64,000 bases of DNA from Eledone cirrhosa (taxonomy: Eukaryota), in the NCBI GenBank assembly GCA_964016885.1, contig OZ024742.1:246264001-246328000 (forward strand). The letters run 5' to 3'. Below the pieces are notes generated by a model. It ran no database searches, was not told where the DNA came from, and saw only the letters and a list, made by a program, of their open reading frames with translations. This document shows positions 63,961 through 64,000 of the stretch, piece after piece (position 1 is the stretch's first letter; each line of letters starts with the position of its first letter). A program made the translations under genes and the position numbers.

Positions 63961-64000
63961 TATGAGTATGACATTGTCACCTGGCCTAGCATTGCTCACA

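Overview
This window is eukaryotic, not prokaryotic: AT-rich, microsatellite-dense animal DNA whose SINE/LINE repertoire looks like an octopus or other cephalopod genome (inferred from recalled repeat families, not from a search). Most of it is transposon-derived. It holds roughly 30 tRNA-derived SINE copies, degenerate Tx1-, CRE- and RTE-clade LINEs, a Chapaev3-like (CMC) transposase relic and a structurally complete non-autonomous LTR element (26288-28675). It also holds two Helitrons, several MITEs and many short Penelope-like element (PLE) remnants inserted in (TA)n tracts. The only convincing host gene is an FBXW10/CDRT1-like F-box gene on the + strand, with two splice-compatible exons at 50816-51439 and 55685-55974. 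The most striking signal is at the RNA level. (i) Five minimal type-I hammerhead ribozyme motifs are present. (ii) A family of fold-back insertions keeps only the 3' half of a hammerhead, in both arms. (iii) A three-copy element (13307, 14607, 43786) has the complete hammerhead core in a NON-circularly permuted, pseudoknotted order, with compensatory changes in two helices between the two complete copies. All structures were derived by eye, and no folding, alignment or database search was run.
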